Source of the DNA: Phoronis australis
Lineage: Eukaryota > Animalia > Phoronida
Direction of reading: 5' to 3'
Assembly (NCBI GenBank): GCA_002633005.1
Contig: NMRA01000056.1
Span: 786,137-850,136, forward strand
Length of the DNA: 64,000 bases
Shown here: positions 1 to 13,800 of the stretch, one piece after another
Layout of the letters: each line of letters begins with the position of its first letter
Numbering within the stretch: the stretch's first letter is position 1
Notes under the pieces: model-generated
Database searches by the model: none
Told to the model about the DNA's origin: nothing
What the model saw: only the letters and a program-made list of their open reading frames with translations
Program-made: the position numbers and the translations under genes

Positions 1-231
1 GAGAGGAACTGGTGTGGGGCATGCGCATTGAGATTTGCACATTCGCTATTAAAGATTGCATTTCGACCCTGTCAACTCAGCTTGCCTTGTACACCAGAAT
101 TTGGGTCAAGCTCTCGTGCTTTCACACATGTGCCAAATACTTGCTATTAGACCATCAGTTTTCAGCTCCCTACTTATGGTCAGTTTGTGCCCGGCAAACA
201 TTGCATGGCTAAACTACAGCTTCTGGCCTAC

Positions 232-1793
232 CTGTTGAAACTTGTAAAGGTCGTTGTTCTTTTCATGAAAGACAATATCTTGTAGTTCTTTGTCCAGCTC
301 TTGTAGGAAATGGGGTTCTGCTATGAAGTCCGACAATGAACAGCAACTGAAGGGATACGAATGAACCACCGCTTCATTTCCTACAGAGAGAGATACTTTT
401 TAAATATTCAAGATAGTGCAGTTCAAAACTGTAACCATGTTCAGTCAGTCAGTGAATTCACTTCAATTTGTATATGGTAAAGTATAATAGCAATTTTGGA
501 CAAAAAATGACTGCAAAAATGTCACGTTCTTAATTTCTCAATGGCTTCTAACGTTGTTGTGAATGGTCAGACTGTTTCAAAATATTGTCTGTAGGTGTCT
601 CTGGTACAGAACATGAAGATGCCACAGCATGTTTTTTGGTACTATACATTATTTATGAAAGAATGAGAAAATTCACACCTCTGACATATTGGGACCTAAT
701 CTAGTGAAATTTAACTACACTATTAAAGATTCTTTTGTCCCGTTGACATGAACTTCCAGAACCTGCTAAGGTATGCAATGTTTCAGCGAAAACAGTGCCA
801 TCCCTGCCAAAGGTACCCAGTCATCCAAGCCTTTACCCCAAACAAGTGGCGCTTTGCACCACTCACGTGGTTTGTCCCTGTCTCGAGGTATATCCCGTCA
901 CAACAAACCTGTTCTCACCAAACCATATAATACCCAAGTCAAGTCAAAATGTACACTGTGGTTCATTGTGTCCACTCGACGAATTTTCCTGATATAAGGG
1001 GAACGTAAGGAATTAGTGTATTTGCCAGGGGTTCACTCATATTGACAAGGTGTCCGCAGGCGTGCACCAATAATTCGGAACACGCGCCGAGGTCCAGTAG
1101 GCTCCTAAATTTCCATTTCGTCCCCGCTAAGTAGTAAAGGCCCACTGCACTGAGCTCAATTCCAAATGGTGCACTGACCGACTTCCTACAAAAAATCTAC
1201 CCCACAAAAATGTGACTTAGCAAAACTGGCACCATCAATAAGGGTGTCAGTCTCTCGGCAACTTTTCACAATTTATCATACTAGGAAAATACTATGTTTT
1301 AATGAACACTAACATCTAAATCACACTACACGGGCAGCGCAGCACGTTTTGCTGATTCTTCAATCCGTTTTTTTCCTTTTACTGTGACAAGTTTGCACAC
1401 AGTTCACTTCAATTTTAGAAGGGCCCCTGCGACGACGAGATGTGGCTACAATTTCATGCATCTTTTTGCTTCATGGATTGCCTCCCCCTGGTCAACACAG
1501 CGTTTGAATAGCCGCTGTGGGTAAGACCTGGGGATCCCTAATTTGCGTGAGACGTCTAGGAATATTCCTACTCTTACTTCACAATTTACCGCAGTACAGT
1601 CAATGCAGGAAATCTAACCTCCGGGCCCGATTCCGTCAAGGGTGTGTCTTCCGCGAAAACTGTGCGACAGCTGTGCCATAAATTCTTCACTAGTATACAA
1701 AGGGTGTATTGAGCATGGCACTGGGGCAACATCGTCGCTCAGTCTACGCCGTTTTCGTTTAGACCGGCTCGTTCTCTTCTCATTATCACTCAT
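232..1793 (-). CDS. OGFOD1: Prolyl 3-hydroxylase OGFOD1, coding exons 1-2 (partial; continues past the left edge)
   Basis: Exon 1 1793-1619 (MSDNEKRTSRSKRKRRRLSDD..., basic NLS-like start, GT donor, phase 1) joins exon 2 380-232 (GNEAVVHSYPFSCCSLSDFIAEPHFLQELDKELQDIVFHEKNNDLYKFQQ, AG/GT bounded). The string PF...FI...FL..L.KEL..+.FHEK.NDLYKFQQ is recognisable as the OGFOD1/Tpa1 N-terminal region. Confidence 0.9.
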
Positions 1794-4748
1794 TTTCTGA
1801 CCAACACCGGTGCCGAGAAGCGGTCTGCATGTCGTAAAGCAGATAGGTCGCCACCTAGCGAGTTCACTACCTAACTTCTTGTTGTCACCAGAGACCGTAG
1901 AGAGAGTTAGCGTCTTTGTTGTCACTCAACCAACGCCGTAGCGGGGCTCATGTGCATTCTTGCCAACAGTCGCTTTTGGGGGAATGTCGCACTTTTCGAG
2001 CGTTTGTCCCTCTGTCTCGCCACACTATAAAAATTACCTACTTTTTGACTCATTACAAAATATTAGCCTATTGCCGTTCCACACGGCGATCAGAAAACTT
2101 GAAGCCTAATTTAATTCACTCCGACACTTGGATGCCTATCGATGAGAACATGAGGGTTTGACCAATCAGCCCCCACAATCCTCATACGTAAGCTACCAAG
2201 AACAAAATAATTCATGGCTCAGACTAATCACCATACATTGACTGCGTCATAAGGCAAAATAATTCTAAATTTAAAGTCGGGCCCATAGAAATATCGAATA
2301 ACAACTCAAAAATACCGTTATCAGTCATGATTTTTTCTAATTTAGTTTTGGTTAGATAAACAACACATGTCATGCCTTCCGCATCTACCGAAAAGTACCA
2401 AAACGACATTAACGGTCTACAAGTATCAAGTAGTCATCAAGAAATGTCAGCTTGCCAAACTGATAGTAGTTTAGTATACAGCTTGTAACGACTCTGGCAA
2501 TACGCAAATCTACTTAGTTGATTGCGTTCAGTGCTGACGGCACGCTCGCACGCAGGCTAGATTTTATAAAAGATGTTACGTTTACAAGCCATATATATGG
2601 TGTGTTTGGCCGGATCATTTACGAAAGTCACGCATTCCCGGTATGACCCGCCGCAGGCGTTAATTGGTGTACTTCGATCCGTTCGATTAAAAACATAAGG
2701 GAAAAATTTAAACGCTGTTGAAGCGTTTTCGGGTGTTGCGGACCGTTTAGGCATTATATGATCTCAGTGTAGTCCGCCATTCCACTTTTCAATCCTGGTG
2801 TCCCGTTTTTTCATTCTCGATGCATCCATGCGAACCTACCTCCGATATCAGCCGCATGTTACGCATACATCATACATTACCAGGTTAAAATAACCATGCG
2901 TTGGCAGTTCGGAAAATCGGAGACACGATTCCCTCAATGATAATAACATGTTGACAAACGACTAATGTGATTGGAGGAACAACATTTTGTTCAAAGTAAA
3001 AAAATACTAAAAATCGCATATCTCGTGAAAAATAAAGGGCCAGTAAATAACAATTAATAAATTTTGCCAGGAATTTTAATCACCTTTCAGAAAATTTATA
3101 CTTTGTAGGGGTTAGAGCAAACAGAATTTAGTATTTGCACATGTACAACTGGCAAGGTTCACAGCTAACTGATTTCAACGGAGGTTTGAGAAGAACTATA
3201 ACCGTTGTTATATCCGCTTGTAAGTTCGCAACTGGAACTGTTGGTTTTGTCCACCATATGTCGGGCAGCCTATAGTTAATCACTAACCCCGCCCCGAAAT
3301 AGTCATCTGCATTGGTTGACAGAGATCTTTTATGTAACCAATGTCAATCCAAAGAACAATAAATGCGACGAGGTTTCTGTGAAAACCGTATACGTATGAG
3401 TGAAAAAGTCTTCTACCCTGGCATCAAAACATGGACGGGGATGATACCAGCGTATTGAAAAACACGCAAGCCCAACGCACACGTCTTAAGACCACTCAAA
3501 TTACCGGTACTCGGATCGGCGTCGACAATTCCAGACAAGAATACCGTACATTTCACGGCGTGGCTCACTTTATTGACTGGTCCTGTCCCACGTGGAAAAG
3601 AATAATCCCCTTTTTGCTCCCCCCTAGATGTGACCAAACGGCACACAGCTTTTAAGGCTATCACCAAAATTGCGCAGTCCTCCTCGCGTCCTCTCCGGCA
3701 GAGCAGTTGGATAAGCTCGTGTCATAACATTTTCATGACTCGAAAGGAACGTTTGATAGGGCATTACAGTCGTAAACCATAAGGCTACACGTTTTGATCC
3801 TCGGACGACATCTGACCAATTTCTCAGTCGCGCGCAGTGTAGATTTACACTGCATAACAACCCGTCGAGTCCCATATGCATTGTTCTGGTGACAACGTGT
3901 GACCAAAATTGATTTCCAATTACAGACCAACAGCATAGCCTACATTTAGAACTATCTTGCAATTCTTCAACTGTCAGATTCTGTTCACCGAACGGTCACA
4001 AATTTGAACGGTTGAATTTTATTTAAATTCACATGTAGAATAAAATTAAATTCAATCAACGGTGGAAAACGCGCGGCTCCTCAGTATCAAAAGAAAGGAA
4101 ATTCCGAGGCAAGTTGCCGAACTAAAATTTTTAGCCGGCAGAGAACTGACCGTTAGCCATGTTTAGCATGACGTCATTTCGTTTTGGACCTAGTGCAACG
4201 GCATGTCCATTCTTATTTATGGGTCCAAAGTGCGTCATCTACTGCCATGCACGTCATCACTAAACATGCGAACTGCAAGGGTTTAAAGGTTCTGCCAAGA
4301 AATTTTGCGAGTTCATTCGTGTTAACGAGCATATATTATGAAGTGCTTATGCTTTGATTCATTTCAGCACATGAAGTAATCTAGACAGAAAAATAAGCTG
4401 ATTGAAGTTATTGATAACCTTTAAAAATAACATGGCATATACGCCTACCAGCATTAGCCTCATATGTGGGTTATAAGGGGATCATTTGTTTGAATGTGAA
4501 ACACTGGAATAAAAACTTTTCTTTAAAACGCACATTTTCGGATATAGGTGCATGGGCCTAAATACGCACACACACAGTAGACCTGCTCAAATAAAATTGT
4601 CTTACATTTCTTGCATTTCAACGGTGAAAACCAATAAAATGGAAATGGGCAATGAAAGAAAAAATATGTTGTGATTAGTTCAAAAAAACAAGAAATTAAG
4701 TTTCTTCAAAGGAATAGGAAAAACACATGTTTACATGTAACAATAGTA

Positions 4749-4754
4749 TTTATT
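4749..4754 (-). terminator. Candidate polyadenylation signal of the large minus-strand gene
   Basis: AATAAA on the minus strand about 93 nt past the TAG stop. Confidence 0.45.
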
Positions 4755-4846
4755 TTTCATACTAATGGCCAGATCCAACGAGATGAGAGTAAATATTTCA
4801 AATAAATAAATTACCTAGTTAAGTTTAAGATAACAATTTATAAAAA

Positions 4847-7800
4847 CTAAGAAGTTCTTCCAACACCTAAATCTCCAACACCAATCTTCATTTTCTTTTC
4901 ATGTGAGTCACTCTCACCATCTAAACCATCAACATCAAATGCCTGAAAGTGTACAAAAAGAAAGAAAAAGGTCATAACTACAGATTAATTAAACAGGAAT
5001 TCCAAAAGTGTACTAACGGATGATTTTAGACCCAATCAAAACTTTACATTTACTAAAAAAAAAACATTTTGTCAGAATTTGAATGCAGCAGCAATACTCA
5101 TTAATTTTATCAAAATGGAGGAAAAATCCTGTCATGCACTACACACAGTAATCAATAAAAATAACACTTTTAATAATTAAGTGAAATCTATCTAATTTGT
5201 ACAAAAATCATAACAATAACTGCACTTTTCTCATTTTTCAAGGTTTTCTTCCATTGTGACTGCCCTCAAAGTTTCAAAATAATCTCAGTTGGTACAGAAC
5301 AAGCCAAAAGAGTTCTATCTTAGTAACCCAGAATACCGTCACAACCACTGGCAGAGGCCAAATTCACAGTCAGAGCAGTCTTCCTATATGACCGAGAATG
5401 ATAACAGTGAAGTAAGCAAGATGGCTGAGCCTTTCGGCAATTAGAATTTTTCTGCCTTGATGGTTATTCTGAGTAATTTTTCCTGTTAACACAGTTAGTC
5501 ATAATGCTGGGAAATTGTATTTTGTTGTCTGATTACTTTTAGTATTTGTACTGTAGCTATGGTACAAAACTTGAATATAGCAAGGTAATATTTTGGTACT
5601 ATGGTATCGTAAAGAAAAAAAAGAAAATTTCACTTAGCTGCCATACCATGTTTTAAATTAGTAAGATTTAAGGACAAGTTAAAGTCCCACAGCACTAATT
5701 AGGTCAAGTTGAAGTAAAAAAATGGACTAAATAAACAGCCTGTTCCAAGAAATCTCACTTAGCTAAGATAAATCATAAATGTCAGACAATTTTACGATGA
5801 AACTAAAATCTATCTCCAGCCCATTCCAAGAAAGAGATCTTAAGTTTGACTTATTTTTTACTTAAGTTTTGCCTTAATTTTGACTAACTTACTGGACGTG
5901 GAAGTTTCAAAATTTGGAAGTTGAGACAAATCTTAGACTTAAGTAAAAATAAACTTAAGTCAATTTCTTGGAACGGAACCCTTAAGTTAGCAGCAATGAA
6001 TCTTCTCATTCAAACAATCAATGGATTCCATTTGGACCATGGAGAGCGTTAAGTCATCACATACCAAAATAAAGGGTTCCACCCAAAAAATGATAAAAAA
6101 TGGTTTACAAAGATTGCACTCTGTGTGGCTTTGAATAAAATAAAATTAAGGCATACATTAATGTAAATATTATATATAACTGGAGAAATGATTTCTAGGA
6201 GTTGACTGATCATCAGCGATAATGATAGAAATTCCACTTAAGTGAGGGCTGCACACTATGATGGCGGTGACTCCATTACAATTACAAAAGTTTTCAACAC
6301 TTTTTTTAGGTTTGATTTACTTACCCATAAACCACTGTCTGATGTTTGATTCTTTCCTTCAAAGAGAGTGCCAGACTTCTTGAAACTTTCTAACGCTGCA
6401 AAGACAATCTTGATAGTTAAAGAAAATTAATACAAAACATCAGACACAAAGATCTGGGATGTTTAAGCAGAGAGGACAACAAAGACCAAACATAACAAAT
6501 GACTAAGCATGGAGACGGTGGTTTTCAGTGGTTTGAGCCCCTGACTCCCGTTTGGGAGACACGGGTTCAAATCCTGGCTTTGCTGGTAGACAATCGAGCA
6601 TTGCACAAAGGTGTCTCCTACTCCTCTGAATGTATGCAAGGCAGTAAATGAGAACCTGGATATAATGGGAGTAAATGAGAACCTGGATATAATGCGAGTG
6701 AATGAGAACCTGGATATAATGCGAGTAAATGAGAACCTGGATATAATGCGAGTAAATGAGAACCTGGATATAATGCGAGTGAATGAGAACCTGAATATAA
6801 TGTCAGTGAATGAGAACTTGGATATAATGTGAGTGAATGAGAACCTGGATATAATGCGGGTGAATGAGAATCTGGATATAATGCGAGTGAATGAGAATCT
6901 GGACATAATGCGAGTGAATGAGAACCTGGATATAATGCGGGTGAATAAGAATCTGGATATAATGCGAGTGAATGAGAACCTGGATATAATGCGAGTGAAT
7001 GAGAACCTGGATATAATACGAGTTAATGAGAACCTGGATATAATGTGAGTGAATGAGAACCTGGATATAATGCGAGTGAATGAGAACCTGGATATAATGT
7101 GAAAGAGATTTCTGGGAGGGGATGTGGTCCACTGGAGTTCCTCGTCTCTAGACCTACATTCTGAATAGCAATTACTGTAAAGTTCTCATAACTTTCATTA
7201 TAACTAGTGTTTTTTTCAAAGCCACTCGTCATTGGTGTTTTAACCATAAAGAAGTGTTCTAAAATGAACTGAAAACAAAAAATCCACCTTTCACTGTCAA
7301 ACAATTCATGAAATAAAGGGGCAAACTTTCTACAGGAAACATAGGACTCAAAATTTCTATCATCAATCACAAGTAAAATAGGCAAGACCAGTTTGCTGGT
7401 ACTCGGCCAATTTCTTACAAACTTGTTTAAGCCATAAAAAAGGGAGAAAACACCCCCACAATATTTTCAATTATCACCTTGACGATGATAGTCAGCCTTT
7501 TTCTGCTCCAACAGCTGAAGCGATTGTAGACAATCGATGTACGTGGGTTTGCATGTGTAGTCGCCGCAAGGAACTGGGAACTTAGTGTTCTGTGGATGAC
7601 AAGATAATACGACTTAAAACCATTGTGGAGTACATGTATTAGACTAGCAATGACTGGGATCGTTAGAAAACACAGCGTTCTAGATCTGCATGGTCACTGC
7701 ATCCCAGCAGTTTTTGTGTTTATGCCATCTTGTAAATGTGACGTCAAAAGTGACATAAAATTCCACTAATTTCAAGTCAAATATCCCGGTATTTCTTCAC

Positions 7801-10800
7801 TTGTTTCGCCACAAAAATAACTTCGGCCATTTTTCTATTTTTCAAAGGTGATCACCTTTCTAGAATTGATTCATGAAAAACGTTATTTTACAATTCTACA
7901 CAGAAGAAATCACACTTACACCATAATCTTAATTTATGTCGAGAACTTTTTTGAATTTCCGCTTATAAACCATACAAGGTGCTAAATAGCTGAAGAGAAA
8001 CTGTAGCATTCTCGTGAAGAAGACAGCTCAGGATTAAATATTGTAGGTGGTCTAACTAAAATCTTTTTACCATTCTTTTGCTTATTTTTTAACACTCTTA
8101 TATTCAAAAATTTCTTGTTCTCACCTGACATGGTCCATCAAAATTACTGCTGACACAATGGCCCAGAATGGAGAAACCGTAGAGCACCCTTGAAGAAAAT
8201 TGTCGCAGTGATTATAAACGAACCATCTAATACTAGATTTGTAGAGACTGAGAAATGAAGTAATCTCAACAATAGCACATAAACACATGGAGGCAATACA
8301 CCACTGATAACCAATTACTTGATTGATACAACCGTACTATTGTATATACCAGTAGTCCTACATCAGTTCAGTGCAGAATTACACAATGCCAGAGGAATGA
8401 GGTCGTATTTTGAGAATGTATAGAGACTAATGTGATTCAACACGTAATTAAAGATGTATACCGAATGGCTAATCCCATAAGACACATGCACTAATAGACT
8501 AGTGTTAGGGCTCGGCAGAACCTGATAGTTCTTCACTGCCAGGTTCAGCGAGTTCACTTGACACACCTGGTCAATTTAATAAGGCGTGCCTGGTCTCAAG
8601 CAATAACGAACAATGCAGGTCGTCCCAAGCCCAAAAATCTATTTTAATCTGAGAAAAGAACCAAGTTAAGGGCAGTTTTAAAATGGCAAGTGGTAAAAAT
8701 AACGACTGAGGGCAAATTCACAGCAACTTAAAGGGGAATTTATAAAGGTATGAGGGCACACAGAAATTCATGACTAGAAATGTTGCCCCACCAATAAAGC
8801 TCAAGTCTTGATATCTCTCCTCACAACTTGAAAGCAAAAACTGTACTCGGCATTTCAAAACTTACTTCGCATCTGTATTACAGTGTCCAAAGTCATCTAC
8901 TGTCCTTTGATAGTTCATCAACATCGCCATTACCTAGGGACAAGAACACTGTCTTATTTTTCAGGCCAAATTCTAGTGAGAGCTGCTTCTATCGTTTTGA
9001 TTTAATTTTGATATCCTGCCAAAAAACCCCAAGTCATGAAATAAAGCAAGTTAACACGCCTTGTTCAATGGTAATACTGTGGTCGGAATGCAGCTCATAC
9101 AGAAGGTGCCACTTGGATTTTTCTTAAAAGCTTCATTTTTGTTTATCTTGATTTAAAAACGGGATGTTTTTTGACCTGCTGAAACCCTATTGCAAGAAAC
9201 TTTTACAGCGCTCAGCATAGTTTTAGAATGCACCTTGCTGTGTCTTGATGAAATGAGATAAGTGAGCACTCAAACTAGTATTAAAGCACTACACACACCT
9301 CAAACTGTCTTATCATGCTATTCTGCAGGAAGTGTAATTCACCGCACAGAAAATGTCAAAAGTAATTTTGAGTTCAACCTATACTAGAAAGATTAGACCT
9401 CCGGCTCTGAACTAGCTCGGAAGCCAAAAGCACTTTCGTTGAACTATGTCACACCCAAAGGACGAATTTCAATTTTCTCTACCCAGGGTAGAAACCAATT
9501 CTTACCATGAGAGTGTGTCCTTACCACTCACTGCAAATGCTCCTTACCACGCACATAGAACACCACCACAGGACCCAAACTCCCACCACACCCAGTCATC
9601 GTTACCAAAGACAATGTTTAGTACAAGAGTAAGAGTTTCTGGGTATGGTTGGAGTTCAGCTTACATGATGGAGATTTTCTGCATGGTAGGGGCACGCCCG
9701 CATGGAGCACGGGTAAGAAGCAACCCCATGTTTTTTGGAAAGATGACGATTTCATTTTTAAATAAAATTTATCACGCTCACATTGACCGGCTCGTATTAA
9801 TGCCAATTTTCCATAATAAATGGAAAAAATACATATCGTCTGTTCTTTGACTTATTGGAGGCATATCCCTATCTAAATAAAGGCGAGAATACTGTGGACT
9901 TCGACTTTACCATATATTATTCATACTGGTAGCCAAGTCTAGTCTTATTTTATTTTTTCCCATTACATAGGTGTCAGTCAATGGAATAATTCATCATTCT
10001 CTTCACACTACAGGATTTACAACCTTCTATGGATCTTTGCTGTAACATCAGCTGTGCGAGATAACCCAGCTTAAAATGTTGAATTAGAGGATGAAGACGT
10101 TGTAAAGGATGTAACAGTTTGTTCTTTATGCAATTTCAAACAAAAAACAAACACTACGTGAGATGAAAAACCTGACACCAAAGTCCACGTACGACTAGAA
10201 AACATTGCAAACTAAATTCAATGCTAAATAAACCTTGAACACAAAATAAATCTCAAATTGAAGAAGTGTGTGACAACAATTACGTGACGTGTGGTTACTG
10301 AAAATTTAATAAATAATTAAATAAATGCAAAAAAAAACTGCACCTGAAATGCGGCTTTGGCCATTTTGTTAAAGGTCATGTCCTTAGTGTCATAGTCTAT
10401 GTACCTGAGTTGCCCGGCAACGAAAACTGAAGCGAAATAGAAAACAGAGACGAGTCATGCAAGTAACATCATGCAAAATATGGAAATGAAAAATATTCAA
10501 GCACATGGGACACCAAAGCTTTTTCTTTACGAAACAAATTCCGACTATCTCTCACAGAATTCCTTCACAGTCCTCGTGACATTCTTGAGCACTACAGTGA
10601 AAAGTCCTTTCTCGATGTGAAGTTCTGTCTAGCGTCAAGGAGAATCTTTTTAAAGCTGAATAGTTGGGGCCCTCTTGTACAGCAGTGTTGCCACTAAAGT
10701 GTTCCCATCATTTGTTACAATCGAATAAAATACATTGTGAACAGTCTGTCCCCACACCACCTGCTGGCTACATCACATGACCTAACAAATGAAAGTATGA

Positions 10801-13800
10801 AAAGATTTCTTCCCCGACAGGGACTCAAAGCCAGGACCTTCCATTAAATGTGCAAATACCCCAGACTGCCGAGTCCTTGGGACCACCAGTCAAACACAGA
10901 AATCCAATCATATTGTTGGTGGCATCCCACCCTTGAACTCCTGAGTGTATATTAATGTGTAAACCTTAGGTCACCTCAAGTGGCCAACAGGTGGCGCAGC
11001 GACCAGACTTAAAATGCTTGCAATCTACATTTCCACTTCAGTTTAAGATTTACATATTATTCATATGCAAATAAAATAAAATAAAATACAGCCATTAGCA
11101 ACACAAGGCTGATGATGAACTTATCGAAACGTAAAAAGAACAAAAGCGCTGTGACAAAAATAAATCAAATATCAATCCTGCAGAGTTTGAACAGTTAATC
11201 CCCACTGCTAACAAACATAGTCTGTGTTGCAGCCTCTCGACAACAGACCCCCGCAGTTCAGTTGAAGACCTGAGAATACTTAGGCAAAGGTCAATATAAG
11301 ACCTCATGACTTGACCAAAAACTTGAGCTCTGCAAATCCAGAAGCACAAGTCGGAAAGAAATTTAAGTTTTAGGACATCTCATCATAAAGTACACAATAA
11401 AATTCGAAATTATTCTGATAATGCTATGAATTGAAATTCATAATTTTCTCTGGAGTATAAGCCTTTGTTTTAAGCCAATTATCTACAGTAAAACTAGGAA
11501 ATTATCTGAAACTAGCAAACCTGAGGAGTTTAACTTTCAACTTTTTACCAGCAATTAGAAACTTTAAGGTGCAAACAAAAGTGCCAATAACACATAAATG
11601 TTCAAGATGGAATCTCAAAAACGCTGTTACAGTTCAATTTCTAAATCACTGTTTCGTTCCCAAACGAAAACTTGTGGTTTGTTCTGGAATTTTGATTATC
11701 CTGAATGGATGAGCTCGCTACGTGGGATAGCTATAATGAAATTTGAGTATTTCTGTGAAAATTAAATTTTATGTCTTATTTTTTGATACCCTCATGCAAA
11801 AGTGAAACATCTGAAAAATTCATAAAAGCAATTTGGAGAACAGTGTATAACGCATATTATCTGAAAGTATCATACGAATATGATAAGCCATTTCTGAGAT
11901 ACAACGTTTCGAAGTTGACCAAATCTACACAACTTTAATTTTGCATATAAATAACCATCAACTTTACATAAGTTGCAGCGTTTCGCTTACATTTGAATCG
12001 CAGCGCCACATTTGCAATGAAGTGCCTAAGACCATCTATCTTAGCTACAACTAGGCATCCGACCTTTGACAACACAGGCCCGTGGTGCAGGCGCAAAAAT
12101 GATTTGAATCACATGCCCATCCTAGTGGTAACCAACCTATATTCCAGGGCGCCATGTCTTCGTAAAGTGGTAGTTTCAAGAAGTTGTCATACAACTGAGT
12201 TTTTATCTCATCCAGGAGTCCCATTCGCAGTAACGCGATTAGTGAGACAGCTGCAAAAGAAGGATATGTTGCGTAATATTCAATGCATTCTTGATAAAAC
12301 AATGATTTAAAGGTACTATTTTGGGTTCGTCTCAGTTAAAAGCTTCATAAAAGGAAATTGAGTGCAAGCCATTGAAATTTCCCAAACGAGGCCCTTTCAA
12401 CACAAGTTTTCAAACTGGCCATAATTAAACATTTTAAAATTTCCAAAATAATTTTTGAATTTCTGGTGGTGCACCCATAAAATGGCTGCCACAGACGGGT
12501 GAAGCACGTTGGGTAGCGAAATAGAATGAAGGGAGGGTAGGATCGAAAAGAAAGTGATTGGGTAACATGAAAGAGAAGAAAGGAATGGGTAGGGCAGAGG
12601 AAAGAGGAAGGGTGATTGAAGGAGAGTGGCGAAAGAGTACGATGGAGGGTGGGAGGTAGAGTGAAAGAAGGAAGGAGAGTGAGACAGAGATAGGGATGGA
12701 CGATTGACAGTGTCTCTGCACTACATTTATATATATTACACTGCATCATGTCAACATTTCTCTGGCAAGATTACAGTCCAGTTACAGGCAAATGCATGAA
12801 AACATTGATTTCATGTGTAGAAATATCTTAAAAAATTTACAAGATACTAACCTTGTATTCGACCGTAAGGTATCTTGAATCCATCTGTTTTTCGGATCAG
12901 GTAGACGTTGACACTTGTCTTATTGGTCGACAGACAGTGCATAGTGTATTTACGACTGTGACCGTCTAACTCATAGTCAAAGTGGTGGTTCACCTGCACA
13001 ATAAAAGTCAGTTCCAGCTGAATGAAGGAGATTAAGAGACTGATTAAAGCTCTCCTCAGGTAGGCACCAGGGGCCCGTTCCAAGAAAACTGACTTAGCTA
13101 TAACAAAATTAATCTTAAATTTCAGTCAATTTTAAATTTACCTCAAGTCCGTTTCAAGAAAGAGATCTTAAGTTTGACTTTAAGTTTTTGACTTAAGTTT
13201 TGTCTTAATTTTGACTAAATCGACGGATGTGGAAGTTTCAAAGTTTAGAAGTTGAGACAAATCTTCGACTTAAGTCAAAAATAAACTAAAGTCAGTTTCT
13301 TGGAATAGACACCGGAATTTCAGCATGGTATCAAACTATGGTTCAAAGGTCAACCTCAAGCAAATATTACCGTTAATAACGTTAAATTCAATGTCAACAA
13401 TAAACGATGAATTAAAACAATGCCATCATGCAGATTAGTCAATGATTGCATTACGACTTTTTAGTTTATTTGTTTTAAATTAATGGTCTCCAGTAATCTA
13501 AAACGTTGCTTTAACATTTGGCCAAATGCACAAAAAATCAGTTATTCCTTAATGGGGCAAAATAAATTAGTAATACAATATCATGTGATAGAAGGGCCCC
13601 ATGAGAATTCTTTAAAATTCCACAAGATTAACAAATCAGAAATGAGCAGCCCTGTAGTTCGATGCCTGTCACATGCTATGTCCCACAAAGGAGAAAAGAA
13701 CTGGCAGTGTGCAACTACACCTACCACTGTCGTTAAGTTTCTCACATCCACTCTCACTAAACTCCAGGATGACTCCATGTCACCACTAGATGGCGCTGAT

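Noticed and set aside
1794-1925. N-terminal extension of OGFOD1 suggested by the ORF track
   Set aside because: It depends on a GTG start. The first ATG, in good context (aaaATG), is at 1793.
6644-7102. CRISPR-like array, or repetitive protein ORFs (147, 109, 73 and 71 aa)
   Set aside because: The units are contiguous with no unique spacers and the context is eukaryotic. The ORFs are by-products of a 27-bp unit inside an intron.
9488-9560. Three closely spaced GGTAAG donor-like motifs on the minus strand (possible microexon cluster)
   Set aside because: There are no matching acceptors, exons 27 and 28 join into continuous sequence, and the region looks like a degenerate short repeat.
10540-10782. 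Acceptor-like site followed by a possible coding block
   Set aside because: Early stops occur in all frames; the fitting exon is 10426-10344.
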